DNA from: Vitiosangium sp. GDMCC 1.1324
GTDB taxonomy: Bacteria > Myxococcota > Myxococcia > Myxococcales > Myxococcaceae
Direction of reading: 5' to 3'
Assembly (NCBI RefSeq): GCF_003044305.1
Contig: NZ_PZOX01000005.1
Span: 451,493 to 515,492 of the forward strand
Length of the DNA stretch: 64,000 bases
The notes beneath the pieces are model-generated. The model saw only the letters and a program-made list of their open reading frames with translations. It made no database searches and had not been told where the DNA came from. Shown here one piece after another: positions 45,906 through 56,418 of this stretch; within the stretch, counting starts at the first letter, position 1, and every line of letters starts with the position of its first letter. Both the position numbers and the translations under genes were made by a program.

Positions 45906-47324
45906 CTAGTTGACCTTCTTCATCTCCACGACGAAGGAGCGCGGCGCCAGGAAGCCCGTCACCCTCGGGGCGGGGAGGATCTCCCCAGTGGAGGAGACGA
46001 ACGCCACCGTGGGCAGTCCCTCCACCCCGAAGCGCTCCATCAGCGAGTCCAACGCGTCATCGCTGTTCGTGGCATCGACCTTCACGTTGATGAAGCGCTC
46101 GGACTCCGCGATGACCTCGGGAGCCGGGTACGTCTCACGATCCAGCTCCTTGCAGGCCGCGCACCAGTCCGCGAAGAAGTCGATCATCACCGGCCGCCCC
46201 TCGCTCTTCGCGCGAGCCATCACCTGCGCGAAGGACTCGGACGAGAAGCCGTTGCCCTTGGCCGGCATCACCGCGTGCCACGCGAAGGAGGGCGCCTTCG
46301 GCTGCTCCATCACGCCGAGCGACACCCACAGGGAGCCCACGCTCTTGGTGTCCATGGCCCCACCGCGCAGCACCAGGGCCACCACCACCAGCGCCACGCC
46401 GAAGCCCTTGAGGGTGAAGTCCCTCGCCCCCTCCTTGAAGGACAGGTGGATGGCGCCCAGCAACACCCCCAGCGCCGCCAGCACCGCAGCGATGACCGTG
46501 CCCGGCGTGCGGCCGAGCTGCTCGGCAACGCCCTTCACCGCGCCACCCAGCGCCGGGAAACCATCCTTCAGGTACGAGATGGCGAGCGCCACCAGCACGA
46601 TGCCCAGCACGCTCTTCACCCACTCCATCCACACGCCGCCCCGGGGCAGGCGCACGGTGAAGACGCCGATGAGGAAGAAGGGCACGCCGATGCCGAGCGC
46701 GTAGATGAAGAGCAGCACCGCGCCGAGCAGCGTGCTCTGCGACTTCGCCACGAAGGCCAGCAGGCCCGTGAGCACCGGCCCGGTGCACGGAGCCGCGAGG
46801 AAGCCGGACACGCTGCCCATGAGGAAGGCGCCCGTGACGCCCGAGCCACCCACCGAGTTGAGCCGCTGCTGGAGCCCCTGGGGCAGCGCCAGCTCGAAGG
46901 CGCCGAACATGGACGTGGCCAGCGCCAGGAGGAACACCGCCAGCCCCGTCACCACCACCGGGCTGCCCAGCATCGAGCCAAAGGCCTGTCCCGTCTTCGC
47001 CGCCAGCACCCCCAGCCCGCTGAACACCACGCCCATGCCGACGATGTAGGAGCTGGTCAGCACGAGCGCCTTGCCTCGGCCCTCGGCCTTGCGCGCCCCG
47101 AAGACGGACACGGTGATGGGGATGAGCGGGTAGACGCAGGGCGTCATCGCGGTGAGCAGGCCACCGGCGAACACCACGGCCGCGCCGAGGGCGAAGCTGC
47201 CCGCCTTGAGGAAGCGCGCGGCGTCCAGCCCCGAGCTCGGGCCCGTCGGGAGGAGCCAGGGCACGATCACCACGGCCAGCCCGAATACCGCTGCAATGAC
47301 CCCCACCTTCTTCTTCGCGTCCAT
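45906..47324 (-). CDS. dsbD: thiol:disulfide interchange protein DsbD-like (CcdA membrane core + C-terminal thioredoxin domain)
   Basis: CVYPLIPITVS... and TGPVCYAS-type TM Cys pairs; C-terminal FFADWCAACKE thioredoxin motif. Confidence 0.8.
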   Translation of the reverse strand: MDAKKKVGVIAAVFGLAVVIVPWLLPTGPSSGLDAARFLKAGSFALGAAVVFAGGLLTAMTPCVYPLIPITVSVFGARKAEGRGKALVLTSSYIVGMGVVFSGLGVLAAKTGQAFGSMLGSPVVVTGLAVFLLALATSMFGAFELALPQGLQQRLNSVGGSGVTGAFLMGSVSGFLAAPCTGPVLTGLLAFVAKSQSTLLGAVLLFIYALGIGVPFFLIGVFTVRLPRGGVWMEWVKSVLGIVLVALAISYLKDGFPALGGAVKGVAEQLGRTPGTVIAAVLAALGVLLGAIHLSFKEGARDFTLKGFGVALVVVALVLRGGAMDTKSVGSLWVSLGVMEQPKAPSFAWHAVMPAKGNGFSSESFAQVMARAKSEGRPVMIDFFADWCAACKELDRETYPAPEVIAESERFINVKVDATNSDDALDSLMERFGVEGLPTVAFVSSTGEILPAPRVTGFLAPRSFVVEMKKVN

Positions 47325-47492
47325 GTGACTCCTCTTGCCCCTACCGGCCCCTATATACGCGCGAGGGGCCGATGGTTACACCGGAGGTTGCTCCAGGGCG
47401 CGCGCACCTGACGGAACCCAACCCGGCGAGCCAGCCCTCCTCCGCCCTGGTCCCCACGGTGGCCGGAGAACCGTTCCCGGAGCCCTTCTTTT

Positions 47493-48740
47493 CTACACCT
47501 GGGGTGAAGCGACGGGCTCGGGCAAGGGCTGCGTCCGCCGCAGGGGCAGGAGGAGCGCCACGAAGGCCACCGACAACACCGTGCCGAGCAGGAACACGTT
47601 CGAGTAGCTCCAGCCCAGCCGGGTGGCCAGTAGCCCCGCGAGGGGGCCCCCAGGCGACTTGCCCAGCACTTCCACGCTCGCCAGCAGGGTGTAGTGCGTG
47701 GCCCCGATGCGCTTGTCCACCCGCGACATCATGAACGCGAACAGCGCCGTGGTGAGCACTCCTCCGAAGAAGTGCTCCGCCACGGTGACGGCGACGACGC
47801 CCGGGGCCGTGGGCCCATGGAGCGCCAGCCACCACTCGCCACCGAGCGGGAACACGCGCAGGCACGAGGCGAGCGCCAGTGCCCCCAGCAGCGGCATCCG
47901 GCTGGCGAGCCACCCTCCCGCGAAGGAGCCGAGCAACGAGGCCACGAGGCCCCACGTCCCCACCCACTGGCCGATCTGCGCGGGCGTGAAGCCCACATCC
48001 ACGAGGAAGGGCTTGAAGAGCACATCCACGAGGGTCTCACCCAGCTTGTAGGTGCCGATGAAGAGCAGCATCCACGCCGTACCGGGCAGGCGCAACGCGG
48101 CCAGGAGCCGCGCCCGCACATCGGACCAGGAGACCCGTTCGCCCTCCGGGCCCTCCGCGGCGCGACCGGGCTCGCGCACCAGGGCCGCCACGCCCAACAC
48201 CCCCAGGGACAGCAACGACATCGCCAGGAAGAGCCCCCGCCAACCGACGAAGTCGATCATCCACATGAGCAGCCCGCCCGAGGTGAGCATCCCGGCCTTG
48301 TAGCCCACCACCTGGGCCGTGTTGCCCCACCCCAGCTCGTGCGGCTCCAGCAGGTCCACCGCGAGCCCGTCCACGGCGATGTCCTGCGTGGCCGCGAAGA
48401 AATTCATCAGGAAGACGAGGCCCAGCAACAACCACAACGCGCCCGGCACCGGCACGAAGGCGGCCGCCGCGCACGAGGCCGCCAGCCCGGCCTGCATGGG
48501 GAGGATCCACGACTTGCGCCGGCCCAGACGCTCCGAGCCGTAGCGATCCACCAGGGGCGACCACAGGGCCTTGCCCATCCAGGGGAGCGCCAGCAGCCCG
48601 ATGCTGCTGATGACCATCAGCGACACGCCCTGCGTGCGCAGGTACACCGCCAACGCGGTGGTCTGGAAGCCGTACGGCATCCCCTGCACGAAGTACAGAG
48701 CGCTGAGCAGCCCCAACTTCCGGTACGAGAGCCTCTTCAC
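47493..48740 (-). CDS. MFS transporter, AmpG-like
   Basis: [41 protein letters not shown]...[18 protein letters not shown]. Confidence 0.7.
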   Translation of the reverse strand: MKRLSYRKLGLLSALYFVQGMPYGFQTTALAVYLRTQGVSLMVISSIGLLALPWMGKALWSPLVDRYGSERLGRRKSWILPMQAGLAASCAAAAFVPVPGALWLLLGLVFLMNFFAATQDIAVDGLAVDLLEPHELGWGNTAQVVGYKAGMLTSGGLLMWMIDFVGWRGLFLAMSLLSLGVLGVAALVREPGRAAEGPEGERVSWSDVRARLLAALRLPGTAWMLLFIGTYKLGETLVDVLFKPFLVDVGFTPAQIGQWVGTWGLVASLLGSFAGGWLASRMPLLGALALASCLRVFPLGGEWWLALHGPTAPGVVAVTVAEHFFGGVLTTALFAFMMSRVDKRIGATHYTLLASVEVLGKSPGGPLAGLLATRLGWSYSNVFLLGTVLSVAFVALLLPLRRTQPLPEPVASPQV

Positions 48741-48782
48741 CCCCCGAACCCTAGCGGAGAACCGCCCCGCGCGCTCGCGGGC

Positions 48783-49242
48783 TCAGGCCTCCGAGGGGCG
48801 GCGGCGGAACAGCACGATGGCGTTCTCGGTCATCACCACCTCGCCCTGCTGGTTGCGGACCTCCATGCGCATCTTCAGGGTGCCGCGATCCGGCTTGCTG
48901 CGCGAGGGCGTCGACTCGAGCACCTCGATGCGCGCGGAGAGCGTGTCACCGGGACGCACCGGGACGCACCGGGCGCAGCCAGCGCAGCTCGTCCAGCCCC
49001 GGCGAGCCCATGCTCGAGGAGCCCTCCAGCACGGCGCGCACCAGCAACCGGTGGCAGATGGCGGCGGTCTGCCAACCGCTCGCGATGATGCTTCCGTAGA
49101 TGGATTGACGACCCGCTTCCTCGTCCACGTGGAACGGCTGCGGATCATACTGCCGGGCGAACGCCAGGATCTCCTCGCGCGTCACCACGTACGAGCCAAG
49201 CTCCAGCACCTGGCCCACCTGGAAGTCCTCGAAATAACGCAT
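48783..49242 (-). pseudogene. MaoC-like (hot-dog fold) dehydratase disrupted by a 10-bp tandem duplication
   Basis: N-terminal and C-terminal halves lie in two frames (ORFs 48946-49347 and 48783-49148). Duplication cgggacgcac cgggacgcac at 48951-48970. Confidence 0.6.
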
Positions 49243-49418
49243 GTGCTCCTCGGAAAGAATCCACGCGGGGAGCCACAATCGAACATCTCGCTCCGCGCGG
49301 GAATCCAAAGTCGCGGAGATCGTTGACGCCCGCCCCTCAGTGTTCAAGAAATACCGCCCTCTGGCGACTCTGGTGGCGGACCCGCGGCTGGGCCTCCCCT
49401 CCCCCCTCAGGAGGCGGC

Positions 49419-49880
49419 ATGGGCATCTCGGACTTCATCAGCCTCGATGACTCGCTCTGGCCCCTGCTGATCGCGAAGTTCGTGGGGCAGCCCTCGCTCC
49501 AACAGCAGGAGGAGTACTTCTCCCGGCTGCTCGACTACCTGGGACGCGAGGAGCAGTTCGTGGGCATCCTCGACACGCGCCAGGTGCGGATGATGACGGC
49601 CGAGCATCGCCAGCGGCTGACGGAGTTCATGGAGAAGCACGACGCACTGATACGGGCCCGGTGCGTGGGCTGCGCCGCCGTCATCACCTCGCCCGTGATG
49701 CAACTGGTGGCGAGCCTCGTCCTCTACTTCAGACCCATGCCCTTCCCGTACTACTCGACCTCCACCCTGCCCGAGGCGGTGAGATGGACGGCGAGGTGCC
49801 TGGAAGACGCGGGACACCAGCCCGACGCCAGCCGCATCCGGCAGCACTACGGCCTGCACGTGGAGAAGCGCGCGGGTTGA
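49419..49880 (+). CDS. hypothetical protein
   Basis: MGISDFISLDDSLWPLLIAKFVGQPS...; no recognised domain. Confidence 0.4.
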   Translation: MGISDFISLDDSLWPLLIAKFVGQPSLQQQEEYFSRLLDYLGREEQFVGILDTRQVRMMTAEHRQRLTEFMEKHDALIRARCVGCAAVITSPVMQLVASLVLYFRPMPFPYYSTSTLPEAVRWTARCLEDAGHQPDASRIRQHYGLHVEKRAG

Positions 49881-49886
49881 ACGGGC

Positions 49887-50177
49887 TCACCGCGCTCCGA
49901 ACGTCTTCACCATCTTGTTGTAGACGCCCATGATGAGCAGCGGCCCCACCCACATGCCCACGAAGCGGCTGGTCCGGGTCCGGTGCGCCAACTCCATGCC
50001 CAGCGAGAAGGCCATCGCGCACAGGCTGGCGAAGAGGAACACGTCCGAGGGAACCTTCGCCGTCTGCTGCTCCAGCAGCCGGGTGAACGAGCCCTCGTCG
50101 TGCTCGGCCCGCATCACCGTCGCGGCCCGGTAGTCCCTCATCGACTTCTCGCTCGCGGGATTGATGTCCTGCTGCAT
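49887..50177 (-). CDS. small membrane protein (hypothetical)
   Basis: MQQDINPASEKSMRDYRAATVMRAEHDEGSFTRLLEQQTAKVPSDVFLFASLCAMAFSLGMELAH...; C-terminal part of an otherwise implausible 321-aa ORF. Confidence 0.4.
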   Translation of the reverse strand: MQQDINPASEKSMRDYRAATVMRAEHDEGSFTRLLEQQTAKVPSDVFLFASLCAMAFSLGMELAHRTRTSRFVGMWVGPLLIMGVYNKMVKTFGAR

Positions 50178-50285
50178 GCCGCACCCTTCCTTCCCGTGTT
50201 GCTGAGGCCGAGGCCCTGCCTCGACCCCCGTGCGCCCACCATTGCGCCGTGCACCATATTTAGGCCGTCCGGCGGAGGAGGCGAG

Positions 50286-50903
50286 ATGGCGGAGGCAGGC
50301 ACGGAAACAGGCGGCAGCATGCACGAGGGGCTGCTCTCCGCGGTGGAGGGCGCCGGGCCGCTGCTGCAGCGCGACTACTGGGCCATCATCGATGGCTGCG
50401 GCTGCTCCCCCTCGGAGCTGATGGAGCTGGTGTCCTCCCGCTTCGCGGAGTTCGCCCCGGAGGAGTTGGTCATCTTCGGGCGCGAGACCGAACGAGACTC
50501 GCCGATCGAGCCTGGGGACGAGCTGCGGGTGCGCATCCGAGGCGCGGGGACATTCCGCGTGCGCATCATCCACCGGGATCGCCAGAGCATCACCATGGCC
50601 ACGCTGCCCGGACACCCCGAAGCGGGACGCATCACCTTCGGGGCCTACCGCAACGAGCGGGGCGACGTCATCTTCCACATCCGCAGCCGGGCGCGCTCGG
50701 GCTCGCGGGTGAAGTACCTGGGGTTCCGCACGGGCGGCGAGGCCATGCAGACCAACACCTGGACCGACTTCGTGAACACCGTCGCCCTCACCGTGGGACA
50801 GGGCGTCATCGGCTTCATCCACGCGGAGACCACCGTGATGAAGGAAGCACACGAAAACGCGGATGACGTCCGGGGCCCCACCTTCCTCGCGCGTGGAGAC
50901 TGA
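50286..50903 (+). CDS. DUF1990-like hypothetical protein (paralogue of next gene)
   Basis: TLPGHPEAGRITFGAYRNERGDVIFHIRSRARSG parallels TLWGHIEAGREWFLLSKDHGSGELRFHIKASWREG in the next gene. Confidence 0.45.
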   Translation: MAEAGTETGGSMHEGLLSAVEGAGPLLQRDYWAIIDGCGCSPSELMELVSSRFAEFAPEELVIFGRETERDSPIEPGDELRVRIRGAGTFRVRIIHRDRQSITMATLPGHPEAGRITFGAYRNERGDVIFHIRSRARSGSRVKYLGFRTGGEAMQTNTWTDFVNTVALTVGQGVIGFIHAETTVMKEAHENADDVRGPTFLARGD

Positions 50904-50905
50904 AC

Positions 50906-52138
50906 ATGACGGATGTCGAGTGGCGCTGGCTGAGGGGCTGGTCGAAGGACGAGGTGTTGGCGCGGCTCGATCAGGCCGCCACCCTCCCCCTCAACTTCGA
51001 GACTCCCGAGGAGGAGATGACGCTCGACAACGGCTGGAGCCAGGTGGAGTCGCAGGCCGTCATCGCCCACGACCGCCCGGGTCCGCCGTCCGGGGATGAC
51101 GCGTTCGACAGGTTGAAGCATGCCGTCACCCACTTCGGATTCTCCGACCCCCGCATCGTGTACGGACACTTCGACGCCTCGGAGCCGCTGAAGGGACGCC
51201 CGATGCTGCTCGAGCTGCGGACCCTGGGCCCGCGCTATCTCTGCCCGGTGCGGATCGGCGCCGTCCGCGCCGAGAACGAGGCGGAGCGCACCGTGTTCGG
51301 CTTCCGCTTCGACACCCTGTGGGGGCACATCGAGGCCGGGCGGGAGTGGTTCCTCCTCAGCAAGGACCACGGCAGCGGCGAGCTGCGCTTCCACATCAAG
51401 GCGTCCTGGCGCGAGGGCCACTTCCCCAACTGGTGGAGCTACGTGGGCTTCGAGCTGGTGGGACGCCGCTACCAGCGAGCCTGGCACCACCTGGCCCACG
51501 CGCGGCTGCGGGAGCTGATGCGCACCGGCCACCTGGAGCGGCACCCCGAGGTCGAGGAGCTGCTCCACGCGGAGCTGCGGGTCGGGCACAAGCCGGTGCA
51601 GTTCTATTCACAGAGAGGCACGGGACGCCGCCTCGGCGGCGTCGAACGGGAGGTCGAGCGCGTGAGACGAGATAGACTGCTGACCACGGTGGGTTTCGGA
51701 GTGTTGGCCGGGATGCGGGCCTTGAGCGCGCCCGCGCTCCTCAGTCACCAGCTCTCACGGGAGCCCGTCGAGGCCCCCGAGGGACGCTCGCATGTGCTCG
51801 CCTCACCGAAGGCCTCGCGCGTGCTGGCCGTGCTGGCCGCCGGTGAGCTCGCCGCGGACAAGACCCCCTGGATTCCCGCGCGCATCTCGCCACCGGCGCT
51901 GGTGGGACGGGCCCTCTCCGGCGCGTTGACCGGCGCCGCCGCGGCCGCACCGCACCGGCGGCTGTCCGCCGGACGCGCCCTGCTCGGAGCGGCGGCGGCC
52001 GTGGCCTCGAGCTTCGCCTTCTATGAGCTGCGGCGGCTCGCGACGAATCGGCTGGGCCTGCCCAACGTGGTGGCGGGATTGCTGGAGGACGCCGTCGCCG
52101 TGGCGCTCGGGGGCAGGCTGCTCACCGCCATGCACTGA
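50906..52138 (+). CDS. DUF1990-like domain fused to a C-terminal hydrophobic (DUF4126-like) region
   Basis: 410 aa; see paralogue above. C-terminus Ala/Leu/Gly-rich and membrane-like. Confidence 0.45.
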   Translation: MTDVEWRWLRGWSKDEVLARLDQAATLPLNFETPEEEMTLDNGWSQVESQAVIAHDRPGPPSGDDAFDRLKHAVTHFGFSDPRIVYGHFDASEPLKGRPMLLELRTLGPRYLCPVRIGAVRAENEAERTVFGFRFDTLWGHIEAGREWFLLSKDHGSGELRFHIKASWREGHFPNWWSYVGFELVGRRYQRAWHHLAHARLRELMRTGHLERHPEVEELLHAELRVGHKPVQFYSQRGTGRRLGGVEREVERVRRDRLLTTVGFGVLAGMRALSAPALLSHQLSREPVEAPEGRSHVLASPKASRVLAVLAAGELAADKTPWIPARISPPALVGRALSGALTGAAAAAPHRRLSAGRALLGAAAAVASSFAFYELRRLATNRLGLPNVVAGLLEDAVAVALGGRLLTAMH

Positions 52139-52165
52139 GGCCTGCCCACCGCCACCGGCTGCTGC

Positions 52166-53128
52166 TCACCGGTAGCCGGTGGCGTCGGCGGGCTTGCCCG
52201 CGTCCTGGACCTCGCGGACGTAGCGCCAGGCATCGGGCTGGGAGCCGTCGAGATCGGTGAAGCCGTAGACCTTCGCGAGCTGGCCGCTCGAGAGAGACTG
52301 GCCGCTCCAGCGCGCCACGTCCGGATCCGCCGCGAGCGCGGCGACCGCGCGCCCCACGTAGTGAGGCGTCTCCGAGATGATGAAGTGTGGCTGCTTCCGG
52401 GTCGCGTCGCGCCAGTTCGCCTCGGTGACTCCGAAGATCTCCAGCATGAGCTCTGAACGCAACCAACCCGGTGTCAGCGCGACGGCGGTGGCACCGTGGG
52501 GCCGCAGCTCATGGGCCTGGGCCCACGCCAGGCGAATGATGGACGTCTTGGCGAGGTCGTAGAAGAGCGACAGCCGGTAGTTCGTGGCGTTGTACTCGGC
52601 GGTGCCGTCCGTGACTTCGACGAGCAACCCCCTCGGGGATTTGATCAGCAACGGCAACGCGAAGTGGCTGGTGATGACATGAGTGTCGATCGCCAGCCGC
52701 AGGAGCCGCAGCCCTTGCTCCAGCGGCTGCTCCCACAACGGCTTGTTCCATTCGAAGAGGAACTCGGCGCCCCAGATGTCGTTGACCAGCACATCGAGCC
52801 GGCCGTGCTCACGCTCAATGCGCGCCACGAGCTCCCGCACCTGGACGGGCTCCAGATGATCGACCTGGACCGCGATGCCCTGGCCACCGGCCCGGGTCAC
52901 CAGTTCCGCGGTCTCTTCGATCGTCTCGGGGCGGTTCAGCTCCGAGCGCTGCGCACGCGTGCTGCGGCCCGTGACGTAGACCGTGGCGCCAGCCACACCC
53001 AGCTGGACCGCGATCCCTCGGCCCGCGCCGCGCGTCGCGCCCGCGACCAGCGCGACCTTCCCGTGCAGAGGCAACATTCCCTTCTTCATCCCCTCGGTGT
53101 GTTCGCTCATTCGCACCGAAGGTACCAA
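52166..53128 (-). CDS. SDR family NAD(P)-dependent oxidoreductase
   Basis: VALVAGATRGAGRGIAVQLGVAGATVYVTGR (Rossmann); YDLAK catalytic motif. Confidence 0.8.
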   Translation of the reverse strand: MVPSVRMSEHTEGMKKGMLPLHGKVALVAGATRGAGRGIAVQLGVAGATVYVTGRSTRAQRSELNRPETIEETAELVTRAGGQGIAVQVDHLEPVQVRELVARIEREHGRLDVLVNDIWGAEFLFEWNKPLWEQPLEQGLRLLRLAIDTHVITSHFALPLLIKSPRGLLVEVTDGTAEYNATNYRLSLFYDLAKTSIIRLAWAQAHELRPHGATAVALTPGWLRSELMLEIFGVTEANWRDATRKQPHFIISETPHYVGRAVAALAADPDVARWSGQSLSSGQLAKVYGFTDLDGSQPDAWRYVREVQDAGKPADATGYR

Positions 53129-53169
53129 CCATTGTTGACACCTTCTGTCAGGTATCGCGGCGGCCCTGT

Positions 53170-54381
53170 TCAGCGCGGGTGGGGATCTCCGTGCGGGAGC
53201 TCGAGCATCTCGGGTGCGTCCGCCAGGAGGTTGGCGAACGGGAAGAGGGTGACATGCGCCGCCTGACGTTCAATCAAGCCCTGGAGTCCCCCCGGCGCGA
53301 GGGTGAAGGGCGCGCCATGCACCTGGAAGGCAGCCTCGTCGTAGAGGCGGGCCATGTGCCTGCGCCAGGAGGGCGGCAGCTTCTGGGCCGTCTGCCGGGC
53401 GCGCTCGCTCAGCGGCTCGTCCACGGGGGTGTCGATGTCCGCGAGCACCGCCCGTTGGAAGCTCTCCCTCACCCGAGCCCGCTCCGCCGGGGTGGCGGGG
53501 GCCAGAGCACGGATCGCCTCGGACAGACACTTCCAGAGCTCCAGCGACACGGCGAAGGGAACGGTCGAGATGAAGTTGTTCACCATCACGTGCATGGGCG
53601 AGAAGGACTCGACGTGATGCCACCAGAAGGGCGGGATGAGCAGCACATCCCCGGGCTCGAGCACGGCCACGTAGGCCTCTTGCAGCGCGGTGCGGAACTT
53701 CGGGTAGTGGTCGAAGTTGGCCTTGAGCAACTGCACGTGCGTGGTGGGCGCGTAGCCGCACAGGATGTCGTAGGGGGCGTGGTACATGTTCGGCATCTGC
53801 TCCGGGGGGAACATCGTCACCCGTTTGGTGCCTTCGAACATGCAGATGAAATTGATGAAGTCGTCATAGTGCAGGTTGAACACCTGCCCATCCGAGCCCA
53901 CCCAGAACTTGCTCCGCGCCCCGATGGGATTGGAGAACTTCAAGAAGTCGAACTGGAGCGCCCCTCGTACGAGCTCCTGCTCGAGGACCCCGTCCTGCAT
54001 GTATACATACTCACCCGTGGTGGGGGCGGCCTTGAGACGCCGGGCGAACTCGGAAAAGGGCACGCCTTGCACGGCCACGTCGTCGCCGTGGCCCAGGGTC
54101 GAGACGAGCTCGGGCAGGTAGTGGCCCCCGGACTCGGGAGGCAACACACAGAAGTCCACGGTCCGGTCCTGGAAGTACTCGCCGAGCACGGAGATCCTGG
54201 CGTCCAGCGTCGAGCGGGATTGGAACTCCTTGAGCAGCGGGCATGAGTCCAACATCCCCTTGAGGAAGACCGGCTCCCGGTAGTGCCACTCGCGCAGCTC
54301 GTCGAGGGGCGGGCGATGGAGCTTCCGGGGGGTCTTGGCATCGAAGGGAAGCGGAGGCAGTGGCATGGGAAGGTCCAGCAA
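53170..54381 (-). CDS. JmjC/cupin-8 family (2-oxoglutarate oxygenase-like) protein
   Basis: ...FWVGSDGQVFNLHYDDFINFICMFEGTKRVTMFPP...LIPPFWWHHVESFSPMHVMVNNF (JmjC HxD...H). Confidence 0.6.
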   Translation of the reverse strand: MLDLPMPLPPLPFDAKTPRKLHRPPLDELREWHYREPVFLKGMLDSCPLLKEFQSRSTLDARISVLGEYFQDRTVDFCVLPPESGGHYLPELVSTLGHGDDVAVQGVPFSEFARRLKAAPTTGEYVYMQDGVLEQELVRGALQFDFLKFSNPIGARSKFWVGSDGQVFNLHYDDFINFICMFEGTKRVTMFPPEQMPNMYHAPYDILCGYAPTTHVQLLKANFDHYPKFRTALQEAYVAVLEPGDVLLIPPFWWHHVESFSPMHVMVNNFISTVPFAVSLELWKCLSEAIRALAPATPAERARVRESFQRAVLADIDTPVDEPLSERARQTAQKLPPSWRRHMARLYDEAAFQVHGAPFTLAPGGLQGLIERQAAHVTLFPFANLLADAPEMLELPHGDPHPR

Positions 54382-54546
54382 GAGGGGGGGATCGCGATGC
54401 TAGCGTGGAGGCCTGGGGCGGAACAATCCACCCGCCCCCAGTCCTCCCTCCCCTCGAACGGGACGCACACAAGGGCCGGAAGCCGCTGAGCTCTCAGTGG
54501 CTTCCAGCCCTGGTGTTTTCACGTCTCCAGAATGTCGCGATGGGCC

Positions 54547-55185
54547 CTACTTCTTCGGCTTCTCCTGCTCCATCTTCGGCTTCTCCTGCTCCATCTTCGG
54601 CTGCTCCTTGTTCATTCCGGAGCCGCCAACGCCAGTAGACGGGACGTCGCCCCAGCCCGGCTCGAACATCGCCTTCCACTTCCACTGGCCATCGCGCTTC
54701 ACCAGGAGCCCGGCGTTCCGGCCGGCCAGATTCTTCCCGCCCATGCTCATGGTGTAGTCATCGGCATAGGAGACGAGCGAGTCCGACAACACGGTGATGT
54801 TGCGCTTGTGGGTCAGCATCTTCGTGTCCGGGTGTGACTGCTCGTACATGGGCTTCATCATGTCCGTGTACTGCTGACGGTCATACAGCTCGGCCTTCGG
54901 GACGCCCTTGCTGTCATCGGTCGCCATGAAGATCGGGAAGTCGATCCGGGCGAGCGACGCATCGAAGTCGTGCTTCTTCATGATGGCGTCCTCTTCCTTG
55001 AAGAAGGCTTCAACCTCCTTCCGGGTCTTGGCTTCGTTGGTTGGCTTGCGGGTCCAGGGTCCCATCTTGGACATGTCCATGGGCGCGCCCGTGGTCCCCG
55101 TGGCGGTGCCGGGCTGCGTGTCTTGCGCCCAGACGGGAGCGGTGAGCATGAGAGAGACGAGACACATTGCGATTCGACGCATCAT
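54547..55185 (-). CDS. secreted NTF2/SnoaL-like protein with C-terminal EQEKPKM tandem repeats
   Basis: Signal peptide MMRRIAMCLVSLMLTAPVWAQ. Lower GC. 21-bp tandem repeat gagcaggagaagccgaagatg x2 near the 3' end. Confidence 0.5.
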   Translation of the reverse strand: MMRRIAMCLVSLMLTAPVWAQDTQPGTATGTTGAPMDMSKMGPWTRKPTNEAKTRKEVEAFFKEEDAIMKKHDFDASLARIDFPIFMATDDSKGVPKAELYDRQQYTDMMKPMYEQSHPDTKMLTHKRNITVLSDSLVSYADDYTMSMGGKNLAGRNAGLLVKRDGQWKWKAMFEPGWGDVPSTGVGGSGMNKEQPKMEQEKPKMEQEKPKK

Positions 55186-55310
55186 GAGCGACCTCCTCCT
55201 CGCCCGAAGGTGAGGGCGGTCCTATTCCCGGGCAAACCCGCCTGCCGAGGTCGCCCCACCCTGGGGTCCGCCCCCCAGCCAGACTTCTGTACACGCCGGG
55301 CGCGGGCACG

Positions 55311-55520
55311 GTGGTCGTGAGCGTCGACGGACGGCCGGACAACCGGCTCGGCGGGCCTCCCTACAACCCGGACATCGAGGCGCTGAAGAAGAACCCGATG
55401 GAGCTCGCCGGCAACGTGGTGGTCATCGACCACGGAGGTGGGGAGTACAGCCTGCTGGCCCACATGCAACAGGGAAGCGTCACGGTGAAGGCCGGCGACA
55501 AGGTTCGCGCCGGCCAACCG
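55311..55520 (+). pseudogene. M23 peptidase gene remnant
   Basis: VVIDHGGGEYSLLAHMQQGSVTVKAGDKVRAGQ (M23 HxxxD/HxH region) with no proper N- or C-terminus. Confidence 0.4.
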
Positions 55521-55702
55521 AACCCGGCTCTTTCCCCAAGGCCGCCCGCTCGCCCTCCGGCCAGCCCCAGCCCTCGGGGGAAGACCCACGCTCCTGGTTC
55601 CGGACAGCCGCACCCGGCGCGGCTTGACCCCCACGGAATTGAAACCTATTCTCATTCTCACTTGAACGCCGCGCGCCGCGGCCAGCCGTGAGTCGAACCC
55701 GT

Positions 55703-55939
55703 ATGATCGTCTGCCTCTGCCATGTCGTGTCGGATCGGACCATTCGCGCCCGGATCTCCGAGGGAGCCCGGACCGTGGACGCCCTGGGAGATGCGTGCGG
55801 AGCGGGGACCGGATGTGGCGGGTGCAAGGGCCAGCTGGCGCAGATGCTGGTGGAGGCCCGCCAGGGGCCGTGCCCCAGGGCCGCCCACCGTGAAGATTGT
55901 GCGGTCGTCGCCCTGCCGCTAGTGTCCGCGGCGCTATGA
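55703..55939 (+). CDS. bfd: bacterioferritin-associated ferredoxin (BFD-like [2Fe-2S] domain)
   Basis: [18 protein letters not shown]...[11 protein letters not shown]. Confidence 0.7.
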   Translation: MIVCLCHVVSDRTIRARISEGARTVDALGDACGAGTGCGGCKGQLAQMLVEARQGPCPRAAHREDCAVVALPLVSAAL

Positions 55940-56412
55940 AAGGCCACCCACAGGTCATCGACCTGCTCAACGACGTCCTGACGACCGAGCTCACGGCGAT
56001 CAACGAGTACTTCCTGCACGCGCGTATCGCGGACAACTGGGGGTACGACCGGCTCGGAAAGAAGATCTACGAGGAGTCGATCGGCGAGATGAAGCACGCC
56101 GATCGGATCGTCAAGCGCATCCTCTTCCTCGATGGCCTGCCCAACCTGCAGCGCCTGGGGAAGGTGAACGTGGGGGAGACGATCCCGGAGATGCTCCGCC
56201 TGGATCTGGACCTGGAGCTCGGCTCGCAGAGGCGCCTCAACGACGGCATCGAGCTGTGCCGTTCACTGGGCGACAATGGCAGCCGCGAGCTGCTGGAGGC
56301 GATCCTCGAGGACACCGAGGAGCACATCGACTGGCTCGAGGCCCAGCTGGAGCTGATGAAGCAGGTGGGTGAGACGAACTACCTCGCCCAGCAGATCAAG
56401 AAGGAGAGCTGA
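55936..56412 (+). CDS. bfr: bacterioferritin
   Basis: [56 protein letters not shown]. Confidence 0.9.
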   Translation: MKGHPQVIDLLNDVLTTELTAINEYFLHARIADNWGYDRLGKKIYEESIGEMKHADRIVKRILFLDGLPNLQRLGKVNVGETIPEMLRLDLDLELGSQRRLNDGIELCRSLGDNGSRELLEAILEDTEEHIDWLEAQLELMKQVGETNYLAQQIKKES

Positions 56413-56418
56413 GCCCGT

